A stretch of 24,580 bases of DNA, taken from NCBI GenBank assembly GCA_043822705.1, contig JBDRBK010000053.1:1-24580 (forward strand), read 5' to 3'. Below are positions 9,512 through 17,865 of this stretch, piece after piece. Source of the DNA: Fidelibacterota bacterium (GTDB taxonomy: Bacteria > Fidelibacterota > Marinisomatia > Marinisomatales > TCS56). Every line of letters begins with the position of its first letter. Within the stretch, counting starts at the first letter, position 1. Below the pieces are notes generated by a model, which did no database searches, was not told the DNA's origin, and saw nothing but the letters and a program-made list of their open reading frames with translations. The translations under genes were made by a program, and so were the position numbers.

Positions 9512-11779
9512 ATGGCAGATAAAATAATTCGCTTCCGCTGGCCGATAATCATCGGCTTTATCTTGATAACCCTCTTTTTCGGCTGGCAGGTGCCCCGGGC
9601 CAAAATTCAAACCGATTTCGAAACCTATATTCCGGAAGACGTCCCCGCCCGCGTCAACACCGCCGCCCTCGATGATATTTTCGGTGGCTCTGACGTCGTG
9701 ATGATCCTGCTGGAAACCGACGATGTACTGAATCCGGCCACCCTGCAACGGGTGCAGGCGATTTCCCGCCGGGTGAACCGGATCAGGGGCGTCGAACAAG
9801 TGCTGTCACTGTTCGATTCCAAGGATATCCGTGGCGAAGACGGCATGATGATCGTCGAGCCGGCGGTGAAGCGCATCCCAAAAACCGCCGATCAGACAGC
9901 GCAATTGCGGGACGCGCTGCGCAGCAATGATCTGGTGTACGAACTGGTGGTGTCGACCGATTTCAACATGACCGCCGTCATCCTGACCCTGGATGAAACC
10001 ATCGATGACCGGACGATCATCACCGAAATCGACGCCATCATCGCCGATACACCCGGGACTGAAACGGTGCGGATCGGCGGCATGCCGGAAACGCGGCTGT
10101 CGCTGCAACAGGATATCGCCCGCGATTTCATCTTCCTGATGCCGCTGGCGCTGATCCTGATGGTGTTGACCCTGCTGCTGACCTTCCGGCAGTTGCGCGG
10201 CGTGCTGCTGCCGTTCACTGTGGTGATCATGTCGATCCTGTTCGGCATGGGCCTGCAGGTGCTGATCGGCTGGGAAATGACGATCCTGTCAATCCTGTTG
10301 CCGGTGATGCTGATCGCGATTGCCAATAATTACGGCATCCACCTGGTAGCCAAATACCAGGAACTGAATGCCAGCGATGGTTTCAAATCCCGGGAAGAAC
10401 TGGTTAAAAAAGTGTATTCCAGCCTGAGTATCCCGATTCTGCTGACCGGTCTGACGACCATCGCCGGAATCCTGGGACTGCTGTCCCACGTTATGATTCC
10501 GGCCAAACGTCTGGGGATCATGGCGGCGGCCGGCATCGCCTATGCCCTGCTGCTGAGCCTGTTCTTCCTGCCGGCGCTGATGTCGCTGCTGAAACGGCCC
10601 AAATCAAAACTGGTGAAACGCCAATCACAGCGTATCGGCTTCGATAAAGGCTTGTTGCGGTCCGGGAAATTTGTCGCCCGCCATCCGGGACGGATAATCA
10701 CGGCAGTGCTGTTGCTATCGATCGTGCTGACGATCGGAATAGCCTACCTGAAAGTTGATTCCAACATCATCAATTTCTTTCCCGAAAATCACGCCACCCG
10801 GCAAACGGCGCAGATCATCAACGCTCACTTCGGCGGATCCGAAACAATGGCGGTGCTGGTCTCCGGCGATATCCGCGATCCGGCGTTGCTGCAACGCCTG
10901 GATCGTTACTCCGTGGAACTGGAAAAACTGCCGGATGTTGGCAATGTCACCTCGCTCGCCACCGTCGTCCGGGCCATCAGCCGGGCCATGAACGATCCCG
11001 GCGACCCCGGTTATGATAAGATTCCCAACTCCCGGGCAGCAGTGGCCCAGTACCTGGAATTGTACAATATGTCCGGCGACCCGGAGGATTTCGAAAAAAT
11101 CGTCGATTTCAATTATGAAAACGCCCAGATGATAATCAGTATGCGCAATCCCGATGCGTCGGCCATCAAAGGTGTAATCGACGCGGTCGAAAATATCACC
11201 GCCGGCGACCCGGCTATCCGGTTTTTTGGCGGCGCCAGCCTGGTAACAGCCGAACTGGCGGATATTGTCGTCAAGGGACAGATGCTGTCGCTGGCGGTGG
11301 CGATCGTCGTGATTGCCATCATGATGATGCTGATGTTCCGCAGCGTCGTGGCCGGCGTGCTGGCGGCGATTCCGCTGACCGTGGCCGTCAACCTGGTGTT
11401 CGGGCTGATGGGCTACCTGGGCATTCGGCTCGACATCGCAACGGCCATGCTGTCTTCGATCATGATCGGCGTTGGCGTGGATTACACGATCCATTTTCTG
11501 TGGCGTTACCGCCAGGAACGGCAGGAAGGGCAGGCTTACGGCGAAGCGGTGATTCGCACCCTCACCACCACCGGCCGCGGGATCGCCTTCAACGCGCTGT
11601 CGGTGATCCTGGGCTTCGGCGCTTTGATGCTGTCACTTTTTCCACCGATCAAATTCTTCGGCTTCCTGGTGGTCATGTCAATCTTCAGTTGCGTGGTGGG
11701 AGCGCTGATACTGGTCCCGGCCCTGTGCCTGGTGTTCAAGCCGCGTTTCCTCGAACCACAGACGATTAGTAAAAATTAG
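9512..11779 (+). CDS. MMPL/RND superfamily transporter
   Basis: 755 aa with two repeats of TM, periplasmic domain and 5 TM. Motifs 'IAIANNYGIH' and 'GVGVDYTIHFLWRY', plus 'TTGRGIAFNALSVILGF'. Confidence 0.93.
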   Translation: MADKIIRFRWPIIIGFILITLFFGWQVPRAKIQTDFETYIPEDVPARVNTAALDDIFGGSDVVMILLETDDVLNPATLQRVQAISRRVNRIRGVEQVLSLFDSKDIRGEDGMMIVEPAVKRIPKTADQTAQLRDALRSNDLVYELVVSTDFNMTAVILTLDETIDDRTIITEIDAIIADTPGTETVRIGGMPETRLSLQQDIARDFIFLMPLALILMVLTLLLTFRQLRGVLLPFTVVIMSILFGMGLQVLIGWEMTILSILLPVMLIAIANNYGIHLVAKYQELNASDGFKSREELVKKVYSSLSIPILLTGLTTIAGILGLLSHVMIPAKRLGIMAAAGIAYALLLSLFFLPALMSLLKRPKSKLVKRQSQRIGFDKGLLRSGKFVARHPGRIITAVLLLSIVLTIGIAYLKVDSNIINFFPENHATRQTAQIINAHFGGSETMAVLVSGDIRDPALLQRLDRYSVELEKLPDVGNVTSLATVVRAISRAMNDPGDPGYDKIPNSRAAVAQYLELYNMSGDPEDFEKIVDFNYENAQMIISMRNPDASAIKGVIDAVENITAGDPAIRFFGGASLVTAELADIVVKGQMLSLAVAIVVIAIMMMLMFRSVVAGVLAAIPLTVAVNLVFGLMGYLGIRLDIATAMLSSIMIGVGVDYTIHFLWRYRQERQEGQAYGEAVIRTLTTTGRGIAFNALSVILGFGALMLSLFPPIKFFGFLVVMSIFSCVVGALILVPALCLVFKPRFLEPQTISKN

Positions 11780-11791
11780 CAGGAGTAGGTT

Positions 11792-12577
11792 GTGAAAAAA
11801 TCATTAATTGGAATTTTGGCACTGCTTTTCCTGGCGCAGGCCCAGGACAATTTGACCGGTCGCCAGATCATGGAAAAGGCCCGAGATGCCCAGACCCTGT
11901 CGGGCACGGAATATGTCGGCACCCTGATCATCTATGATAAAAAAGGCAACGAACGGACCCGTAAAATCGCCGCCGCGTCCCGCGACTACCCGGAGGAGGC
12001 GGTATCGAAACGGATCATCCGCTTCCTGGAACCGGCCGATGTCAAGGGAACAGCCATGCTGATCTTCGACTACGATGACCGGGACGATGACATGTGGATA
12101 TTCATGCCTTCCCTGCGCAAGACGCGCCGGATCGTCAGTTCCGACAAGGGCAAGAGTTTCATGGGGTCGGAATTTTCCAATTCCGACATGGCGGCGGAGA
12201 ACATGGAGGAATTCACGTATAATCTGCTGGGCGAGGAAAGCTTTGAAGAGACCGATTGCTGGAAAATTGAGGTGTTGCCGGTGGATGAAACCATCGCCGA
12301 GGAAAACGGCTTTTCGCGGAAAATCACCTGGATCGGCAAAAATGATTTTGTAATGCGCCACGCCTTGTTTTACGACCTGTTCGAGGAGCTGCACAAGGAA
12401 CAGACTAATCGGGATGTCCGGCTGCTGGATCCGACGGGTCAGAAATATCAGGCGGCGGAAATGATCATGGTGAATGTCCAGAACGGCCGCCAGTCGATCA
12501 TGCGGATGGACCAGGTGCTGTTCAATCCCGATGTCAAGGATGAGTATTTCACTACCCGGTATCTGGAAAAACCGTAG
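11792..12577 (+). CDS. Outer-membrane lipoprotein-sorting (LolA-like) protein
   Basis: GTG start with AGGAG RBS and signal peptide. Family motif 'FLEPADVKGTAML...DDMWIFMPSLRKTRRIVSSDKGKSFMGSEFSNSD'. Confidence 0.9.
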   Translation: MKKSLIGILALLFLAQAQDNLTGRQIMEKARDAQTLSGTEYVGTLIIYDKKGNERTRKIAAASRDYPEEAVSKRIIRFLEPADVKGTAMLIFDYDDRDDDMWIFMPSLRKTRRIVSSDKGKSFMGSEFSNSDMAAENMEEFTYNLLGEESFEETDCWKIEVLPVDETIAEENGFSRKITWIGKNDFVMRHALFYDLFEELHKEQTNRDVRLLDPTGQKYQAAEMIMVNVQNGRQSIMRMDQVLFNPDVKDEYFTTRYLEKP

Positions 12578-12588
12578 GTGCTGCTGTA

Positions 12589-12620
12589 ATAACTAACAGC
12601 CCTCGAGGGCTGTCAGTTAT
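12589..12620. terminator. 32-bp near-perfect palindrome after the transport operon (possible terminator or REP-like hairpin)
   Basis: ATAACTAACAGCCC-TCGA-GGGCTGTCAGTTAT with one mismatched pair, 11 nt after the stop at 12577. No immediate U-tract. Confidence 0.45.
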
Positions 12621-12637
12621 CCCATGAATATTTTTAT

Positions 12638-12666
12638 TTGACATATATAGAACCTCTATATATATT
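12638..12666 (+). promoter_or_regulatory. Near-consensus sigma70 promoter with PadR-like operator in the spacer
   Basis: TTGACA (12638-12643), 17 nt spacer, TATATT (12661-12666). Inverted repeat ATATATAGA-ACC-TCTATATAT (12643-12663). Confidence 0.8.
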
Positions 12667-12685
12667 TGCTCTACACATTGAAACC

Positions 12686-13033
12686 ATGTCAGACTCCATC
12701 ATCCAAATACCACAACTGGCCAGGTACTGTAACGAGGCACTGATCCTGTCCATGATCGATCGGGGAATCAGTCATGGCTACCAGTTGGCGTTGGAGATCG
12801 AAGAACACAGTCACGGATTTTTCAAGTTTAATCACGGTACGTTGTACCCGATCCTCCACAAGCTGGAACTGGACGGACTGGTTACCGGAAACTGGCATGA
12901 TGAAGGCCCTAAACGTCGCCGGAAGTACTACGAATTGACCGACAAAGGGCGCGACTATCTGAAAAATATATTACGTGAATGGCAATACTTTTACGAACAA
13001 TTTTTCGCCATCACAGAAGATCACGGTAAATGA
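12686..13033 (+). CDS. PadR family transcriptional regulator
   Basis: 'HGYQL...GTLYPILHKLELDGLV...RRRKYYELTDKGR'. Start moved to ATG 12686 because the ORF-track TTG at 12638 is the -35 box. Confidence 0.93.
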   Translation: MSDSIIQIPQLARYCNEALILSMIDRGISHGYQLALEIEEHSHGFFKFNHGTLYPILHKLELDGLVTGNWHDEGPKRRRKYYELTDKGRDYLKNILREWQYFYEQFFAITEDHGK

Positions 13034-13779
13034 ACCGGTTTTCGGAAGTACTGATCCGTATCAATCGGCAATTGGATTTGCCGCAAACAGCCAAATCACG
13101 GGTGCTGCTGGAAATCGCCGCTGATCTCAACGATCTGTATCAATTGTACCACGAGCGGGGGGATGATGAGACTACGGCTCACCGAAAGGCACTGGAAAAA
13201 GCTGGGGTTGGCGATGACTGTCTTAGGGATCTGGAGCGAATTCATCGGACAGGGTTTAGCCGCTGGCTGGGCCGATTTTCCCGGTTCCGGATTTCATTCT
13301 GGGAAAGGTACTTGCTGTTTGCCCTGGCTGCGTTTATGCTTTTGCTGATTCCCCCGGAACTGGACCGGTTTCAGCTGGTGCGGGTGGCCGGTGAATACTT
13401 CTGGATTCAAGCAGGCATATTGCTCGCAGTTCTATTTTTGATCATCTACAAGACCTGGGAACTATATTTGAAACAGGACCATATCATAATCCGCCTCCGG
13501 ATAGGATTAATTTTATTGCCATTTCTGGCTGGCATTAGTTTGCTACTGACGGTGGGAGGTGCAATCGGGGAATTAATGGTCGCTCTGGAGAAATCCATCA
13601 TCGGGCTGGACACATCGCCGCGGTCGTGGCTCTTTCTCTACCACTGGCTGTTCAAGCACTCTTATGCCGGCAGTTTTTCCCTGTTGGTACCCCTGGTTGC
13701 CTTGCTGGGCTGGTTTGGACTGTTCAGCAAGATCGCCACAATTGAAAGGGCCGGGGCAATTCACTTGCTGGCGGAATGA
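13030..13779 (+). CDS. PadR-associated membrane protein (N-terminal HAAS/permease-prefix-like helical domain plus about 4 TM)
   Basis: ATGA overlap with padR. N-terminal 'RVLLEIAADLNDLYQ...G.DETTAHRKA' resembles the helical domains found next to PadR genes, followed by hydrophobic helices. Confidence 0.65.
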   Translation: MNRFSEVLIRINRQLDLPQTAKSRVLLEIAADLNDLYQLYHERGDDETTAHRKALEKAGVGDDCLRDLERIHRTGFSRWLGRFSRFRISFWERYLLFALAAFMLLLIPPELDRFQLVRVAGEYFWIQAGILLAVLFLIIYKTWELYLKQDHIIIRLRIGLILLPFLAGISLLLTVGGAIGELMVALEKSIIGLDTSPRSWLFLYHWLFKHSYAGSFSLLVPLVALLGWFGLFSKIATIERAGAIHLLAE

Positions 13780-13780
13780 C

Positions 13781-14176
13781 ATGATAGAATTCATATCTTC
13801 GACTGGTATCATTATCTGGCCCCTTTGGGTGATTACCCTGGTTATTATTATCATGGCCGTTAGCAAGATTCGGATTCTGTCCGGAGATAACGTTCCATTT
13901 GACCGGGACCTAGCCGGAGAAATCAATGCAATCCTGTTCTGGGGTGTTATAGCACTATTTCTGGGTATCTACGGACAGGTCTGGGTGCTCGGCCACACCC
14001 TCCGCAACCGAGTGGTTCAACCCGAGGGAATCAATCTACGGGAGCTCCTTTTAGGATTGAAAACTTCACTAAATCCATTAGTGCTGGGATTATCGATTCT
14101 ACTGGTAGCGATAATCGTCTGGAGTGTCCTGCGGGTGCGGTTGAGGCAAAAAATTAGGCACATCGATCAAATCTAA
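13781..14176 (+). CDS. Small 3-TM membrane protein, MotA/TolQ/ExbB-like
   Basis: Start ATG 13781, 1 nt after the upstream stop; 131 aa. 'GIIIWPL', 'GVIALFLGIYGQV' and 'GLKTSLNPLVLGL' resemble proton-channel family TM2/TM3. Confidence 0.6.
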   Translation: MIEFISSTGIIIWPLWVITLVIIIMAVSKIRILSGDNVPFDRDLAGEINAILFWGVIALFLGIYGQVWVLGHTLRNRVVQPEGINLRELLLGLKTSLNPLVLGLSILLVAIIVWSVLRVRLRQKIRHIDQI

Positions 14177-14296
14177 AACCGCCCACTGCCAATTTCTGGC
14201 GGTACTGCCAGTTTCTTGTAATTAAAAACCCTTCAATACTCTCAATAGTCAGAGATTAGCAGGAACAGAGACTGACCGTAAAATAGTATCACTAAT

Positions 14297-15544
14297 TTAG
14301 AGATTATCAATGATCGCCGAAGCATACTCCGATGTTTTCAACGGTTTCGTATCGCCCATCAGCCGCGCCAGATCGTAGGTAACTTTTTTCTGCTGAATGG
14401 TTTTCCCCACTGCCGCCACTATTACATCGGCCGCGGCCTGCCAGCGCAGGTGCTCCAGCATCATTACACCGGAGAGCAGGACTGAACTAGGGTTGACCTT
14501 ATCCTGGTTGGCGTACTTGGGGGCCGTGCCGTGGGTGGCTTCGAACAGGGCCACGCGGTCGCCGATATTGGCGCCGGGAGCCAGTCCCAGCCCGCCGACC
14601 TGGGCGGCACAGGCATCGGACAGGTAATCGCCGTTCAGGTTGGGCGTGGCGATCACGTCGTATTCGTCGGTCCGGGTCAGAATCTGCTGCAGCATCGAAT
14701 CGGCGATCCGGTCCTTGATCACAATTTTGCCAGCGGGAATTTTACCGTCGTAGTTTGACCACAGCTCATCTTCGGTGATCGTCCGGTCCGGGAATTCCTC
14801 CCGAGCCACGGCGTAGCCCCAGTCGCGGAAGGCGCCTTCCGTGAATTTCATGATATTACCCTTGTGCACCAGGGTCACCGATTCGCGGTCATGATCAATG
14901 GCGTACTGGATCGCCATCCGCACCAGCCGTTTGGTGGCGGTGACGCTGATCGGCTTGATACCGATGCCGGAATCACTGCGAATAGTCGTACCAAAAGTAT
15001 CGTTCAGGAAGTTGATCACTTTTTTCGCCTCCGCCGATCCTTCGCGCCATTCGATCCCGGCGTAAACGTCTTCGGTATTTTCGCGGAAAATCACCACGTC
15101 CATTTTTTCCGGCTCCCGCACCGGCGAGGGAACGCCGGCGAAATAAGTCACCGGCCGCACACAGGCATAGAGGTCCATCAACTGGCGCAGCGATACGTTG
15201 AGGCTACGGAAACCGCCGCCCACCGGCGTGGTCAGGGGACCCTTCAGGGCCACATGGTAATACTCGATCGCCGCTATTGTCTCGTCCGGCAGATAATTGC
15301 CGTCGTAGCGGGCGGCGGCGCTTTCACCGGCATAGATATCCATCCAAGCGATTTTTTTCAACCCGGCATAGCTTTTAGCGACCGCCGCGTCCAGCACCCG
15401 CCGGGTGGCGCGCATGATGTCGGGACCGATCCCGTCGCCTTCGATCACGGGAATTATCGGATGGATCGGAACAACCAGGTTATCACCATCCCAAGTAATA
15501 CGTTGCCCGTCAGCGGGAATTTTAATTCTGGTAAATGTTTTCAT
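14297..15544 (-). CDS. icd: Isocitrate dehydrogenase (NADP+), homodimeric E. coli type
   Basis: 'EGDGIGPDI', '[17 protein letters not shown]', '[13 protein letters not shown]', 'NLNGDYLSD'. '[11 protein letters not shown]' and 'TYDLAR' carry the NADP-specificity residues K, Y, Y and R. Confidence 0.97.
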   Translation of the reverse strand: MKTFTRIKIPADGQRITWDGDNLVVPIHPIIPVIEGDGIGPDIMRATRRVLDAAVAKSYAGLKKIAWMDIYAGESAAARYDGNYLPDETIAAIEYYHVALKGPLTTPVGGGFRSLNVSLRQLMDLYACVRPVTYFAGVPSPVREPEKMDVVIFRENTEDVYAGIEWREGSAEAKKVINFLNDTFGTTIRSDSGIGIKPISVTATKRLVRMAIQYAIDHDRESVTLVHKGNIMKFTEGAFRDWGYAVAREEFPDRTITEDELWSNYDGKIPAGKIVIKDRIADSMLQQILTRTDEYDVIATPNLNGDYLSDACAAQVGGLGLAPGANIGDRVALFEATHGTAPKYANQDKVNPSSVLLSGVMMLEHLRWQAAADVIVAAVGKTIQQKKVTYDLARLMGDTKPLKTSEYASAIIDNL

Positions 15545-15547
15545 AAG

Positions 15548-17794
15548 TCAGACCTGTCTTTTTTGGGCGATAAAATTCAAAGCGCTGCCGGCTTTGAACC
15601 ATTCGATCTGCCGCTGGTTGTAAGTATGTTTCAGTTTAATACTCTCCGTCGTGCTATCGGGGTGGCTGACCTTGAGCGTCAGTTGGCTGCCTGGGGCAAA
15701 TTTGGTGAGGCCGGTTATGCCGACCCTGTCGTCGGGACGGATACGGTCGTAGTCCGCCGGATCGGCGAAAGTCAAAGCCAGCAGCCCCTGCTTTTTCAGA
15801 TTGGTTTCATGGATACGGGCAAAACTTTTCACGATGATCGCCCGACCGCCTAGGTGCCGCGGTTCCATGGCGGCGTGTTCGCGACTGGAGCCCTCACCGT
15901 AATTTTCCTCGCCGACCACCACCCAACCGATGCCGCGATCATGGTAACTGCGGGCGACGGCGGAGATGCCATCGACCTGTCCGGTCAACTGGTTGCGGGT
16001 CCGGCCGGCATCACCAGTCTCGGCATTGACGGCGCCGAGGAACAGATTATCGGAGATATTGTCCAAATGGCCTCGGAAGCGCAGCCAGGGCCCGGCCATT
16101 GAAATATGGTCGGTGGTGCATTTCCCCCGTACTTTCACCAGTACCGTCAGATCGCTCAGGTTATGTCCGTCCCAGGCCGGGAAGGGCGTCAGGGCCTGCA
16201 ACCGCTTACTGTAGGCGCCGATCTGAATCGTCGCATCGCCGCCATCAGCCGGTGGTCGAATCAAGCCGCTTTCGCCTCGGTTAAAGCCGTCCGGTGGCAA
16301 TTCATTACCCCGCGGCGGTTTCAGCTTGATCCGCTGGCCTTGCTCATTTTCAATTTCATCGGTAAGCGGATTGAATGACAGCCTTCCGGCAATCGCCAGG
16401 GCGGTCACCAGCTCGGGGCTGCTTACAAAAGCCAGGGTGTTGGGATTGCCGTCATTGCGGCGGGCAAAATTGCGGTTATAGGAGGTGACGATCGTGTTGC
16501 GTTCTGCTTTTTCGGCGCCGACCCGCTGCCACATTCCGATGCACGGGCCACAGGCATTAGCCAGGACCGTGCCACCGAATTCCCGCAGAATCTCCATATG
16601 GCCGTACTGTTCCATTGTGGCGCGAATCTGTTCCGATCCGGGCGTGATGTAAAATTCGGTTTTCGCCTTCAATCCCTGATCCAACGCCTGGCGCACGATA
16701 CTGACGCAGCGCTCGATATCCTCGAAACTGGAGTTGGTACAACTGCCGATCAATCCGGCGCTGACCCGGTCGGGGAAATCTTCGCTGGCGACCGCCGCTT
16801 TCATGCCGGATACGGGCCAGGCGCGGTCGGGTGTGAATGGACCGTTCAGATGCGGCTCCAGTTGGTCGAGGTCGATTTCGATCACCTGATCATAGTATTT
16901 TTCCGGGTCAGCCAGCACTTCCTGGTCGGCGGTCAGATAATCATGCATATCGGCCGTAATATCCGCAATCGGATTGCGGCCGGTGGCGCGCAAGTATGTT
17001 TCCATCCGTGTGTCATAGGGAAATACCGAAGTGGTTGCCCCGATTTCGGCGCCCATATTACAGATCGTAGCTTTACCGGTGGCCGAGATCGAATGTGTTC
17101 CTTCACCGAAATATTCAACAATGTACCCCGTGCCGCCCTTGACCGACACCAGTCCCGCTAGCTTCAGTATCACGTCTTTGGGGGCGGTCCAGCCGGATAA
17201 TTTGCCGGTCAGCTTTACACCCAGCACTTTCGGCCATAACAATTCCCAGGGCATACCGACCATCACGTCGACGGCATCGGCGCCGCCGACTCCGATCGCC
17301 AGCATTCCCAGCCCGCCGCCATTGACGGTATGGGAGTCGGTGCCGATCACCAGGGCACCGGGAAAGGCATAATTCTCCAGCACCACCTGATGAATGATGC
17401 CGGCACCCGGTTTCCAGAAATCCAGACCGTATTTCTGTGAAACACTTTCCAGAAACCGGTATACCTCGTCATTTTGGTCCAGTGCTTCCTGCAGGTCGGC
17501 GGCGGCGCCGACCCGGGCCTGAATCAGGTGATCGCAGTGGACCGAAGACGGCACCGCCACCCGGTCACGGCCGGCGACAATGAATTGCAACAGCGCCATC
17601 TGGGCGGTGGCATCCTGCATGGCCACCCGGTCGGGTCGCAGTTCGGCATAATCCCGGCCGCCGGCAATTTCAGCTGTCGCACCGTGGAAGAGATGGGTAT
17701 ACAGGATTTTTTCACTTAACGTAAGCGACCGCCGGATGATTCCGCGAACGGCATCCAGGTTTTTCCTGTAGTTGTCGTAAAATTCCTGATTCAT
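15548..17794 (-). CDS. acnA: Aconitate hydratase, short mitochondrial-like type
   Basis: 748 aa. '[13 protein letters not shown]', 'HCDHLI', 'KPGAGIIHQ', Fe-S ligands 'IGSCTNSS' and 'NACGPCIG', 'KCTTDHIS', '[11 protein letters not shown]'. GGGAG RBS. Confidence 0.95.
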   Translation of the reverse strand: MNQEFYDNYRKNLDAVRGIIRRSLTLSEKILYTHLFHGATAEIAGGRDYAELRPDRVAMQDATAQMALLQFIVAGRDRVAVPSSVHCDHLIQARVGAAADLQEALDQNDEVYRFLESVSQKYGLDFWKPGAGIIHQVVLENYAFPGALVIGTDSHTVNGGGLGMLAIGVGGADAVDVMVGMPWELLWPKVLGVKLTGKLSGWTAPKDVILKLAGLVSVKGGTGYIVEYFGEGTHSISATGKATICNMGAEIGATTSVFPYDTRMETYLRATGRNPIADITADMHDYLTADQEVLADPEKYYDQVIEIDLDQLEPHLNGPFTPDRAWPVSGMKAAVASEDFPDRVSAGLIGSCTNSSFEDIERCVSIVRQALDQGLKAKTEFYITPGSEQIRATMEQYGHMEILREFGGTVLANACGPCIGMWQRVGAEKAERNTIVTSYNRNFARRNDGNPNTLAFVSSPELVTALAIAGRLSFNPLTDEIENEQGQRIKLKPPRGNELPPDGFNRGESGLIRPPADGGDATIQIGAYSKRLQALTPFPAWDGHNLSDLTVLVKVRGKCTTDHISMAGPWLRFRGHLDNISDNLFLGAVNAETGDAGRTRNQLTGQVDGISAVARSYHDRGIGWVVVGEENYGEGSSREHAAMEPRHLGGRAIIVKSFARIHETNLKKQGLLALTFADPADYDRIRPDDRVGITGLTKFAPGSQLTLKVSHPDSTTESIKLKHTYNQRQIEWFKAGSALNFIAQKRQV

Positions 17795-17865
17795 ATCAGC
17801 TCCCTAAAACCCGGATCAATCTTCCGGTTTCGGTTCAAATTCGATTCCCCGTGCATAGCGCCCGG

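Noticed and set aside
12638..12685. Extended N-terminus of PadR from TTG 12638
   Set aside because: That TTG is the -35 box; ATG 12686 gives a normal-length PadR.
13664..13780. Extended N-terminus of the 170-aa ORF
   Set aside because: Overlaps the upstream gene by over 100 nt with implausible sequence; ATG 13781 is the better start.
14185..14216. 13-bp direct repeat ACTGCCA(A/G)TTTCT in the convergent intergenic region
   Set aside because: Only two short copies with no supportable function; no clear bidirectional terminator either.
14864..15853. 329-aa plus-strand ORF
   Set aside because: Antisense shadow of icd/acn with no recognisable motifs; expected from GC-rich codon bias.
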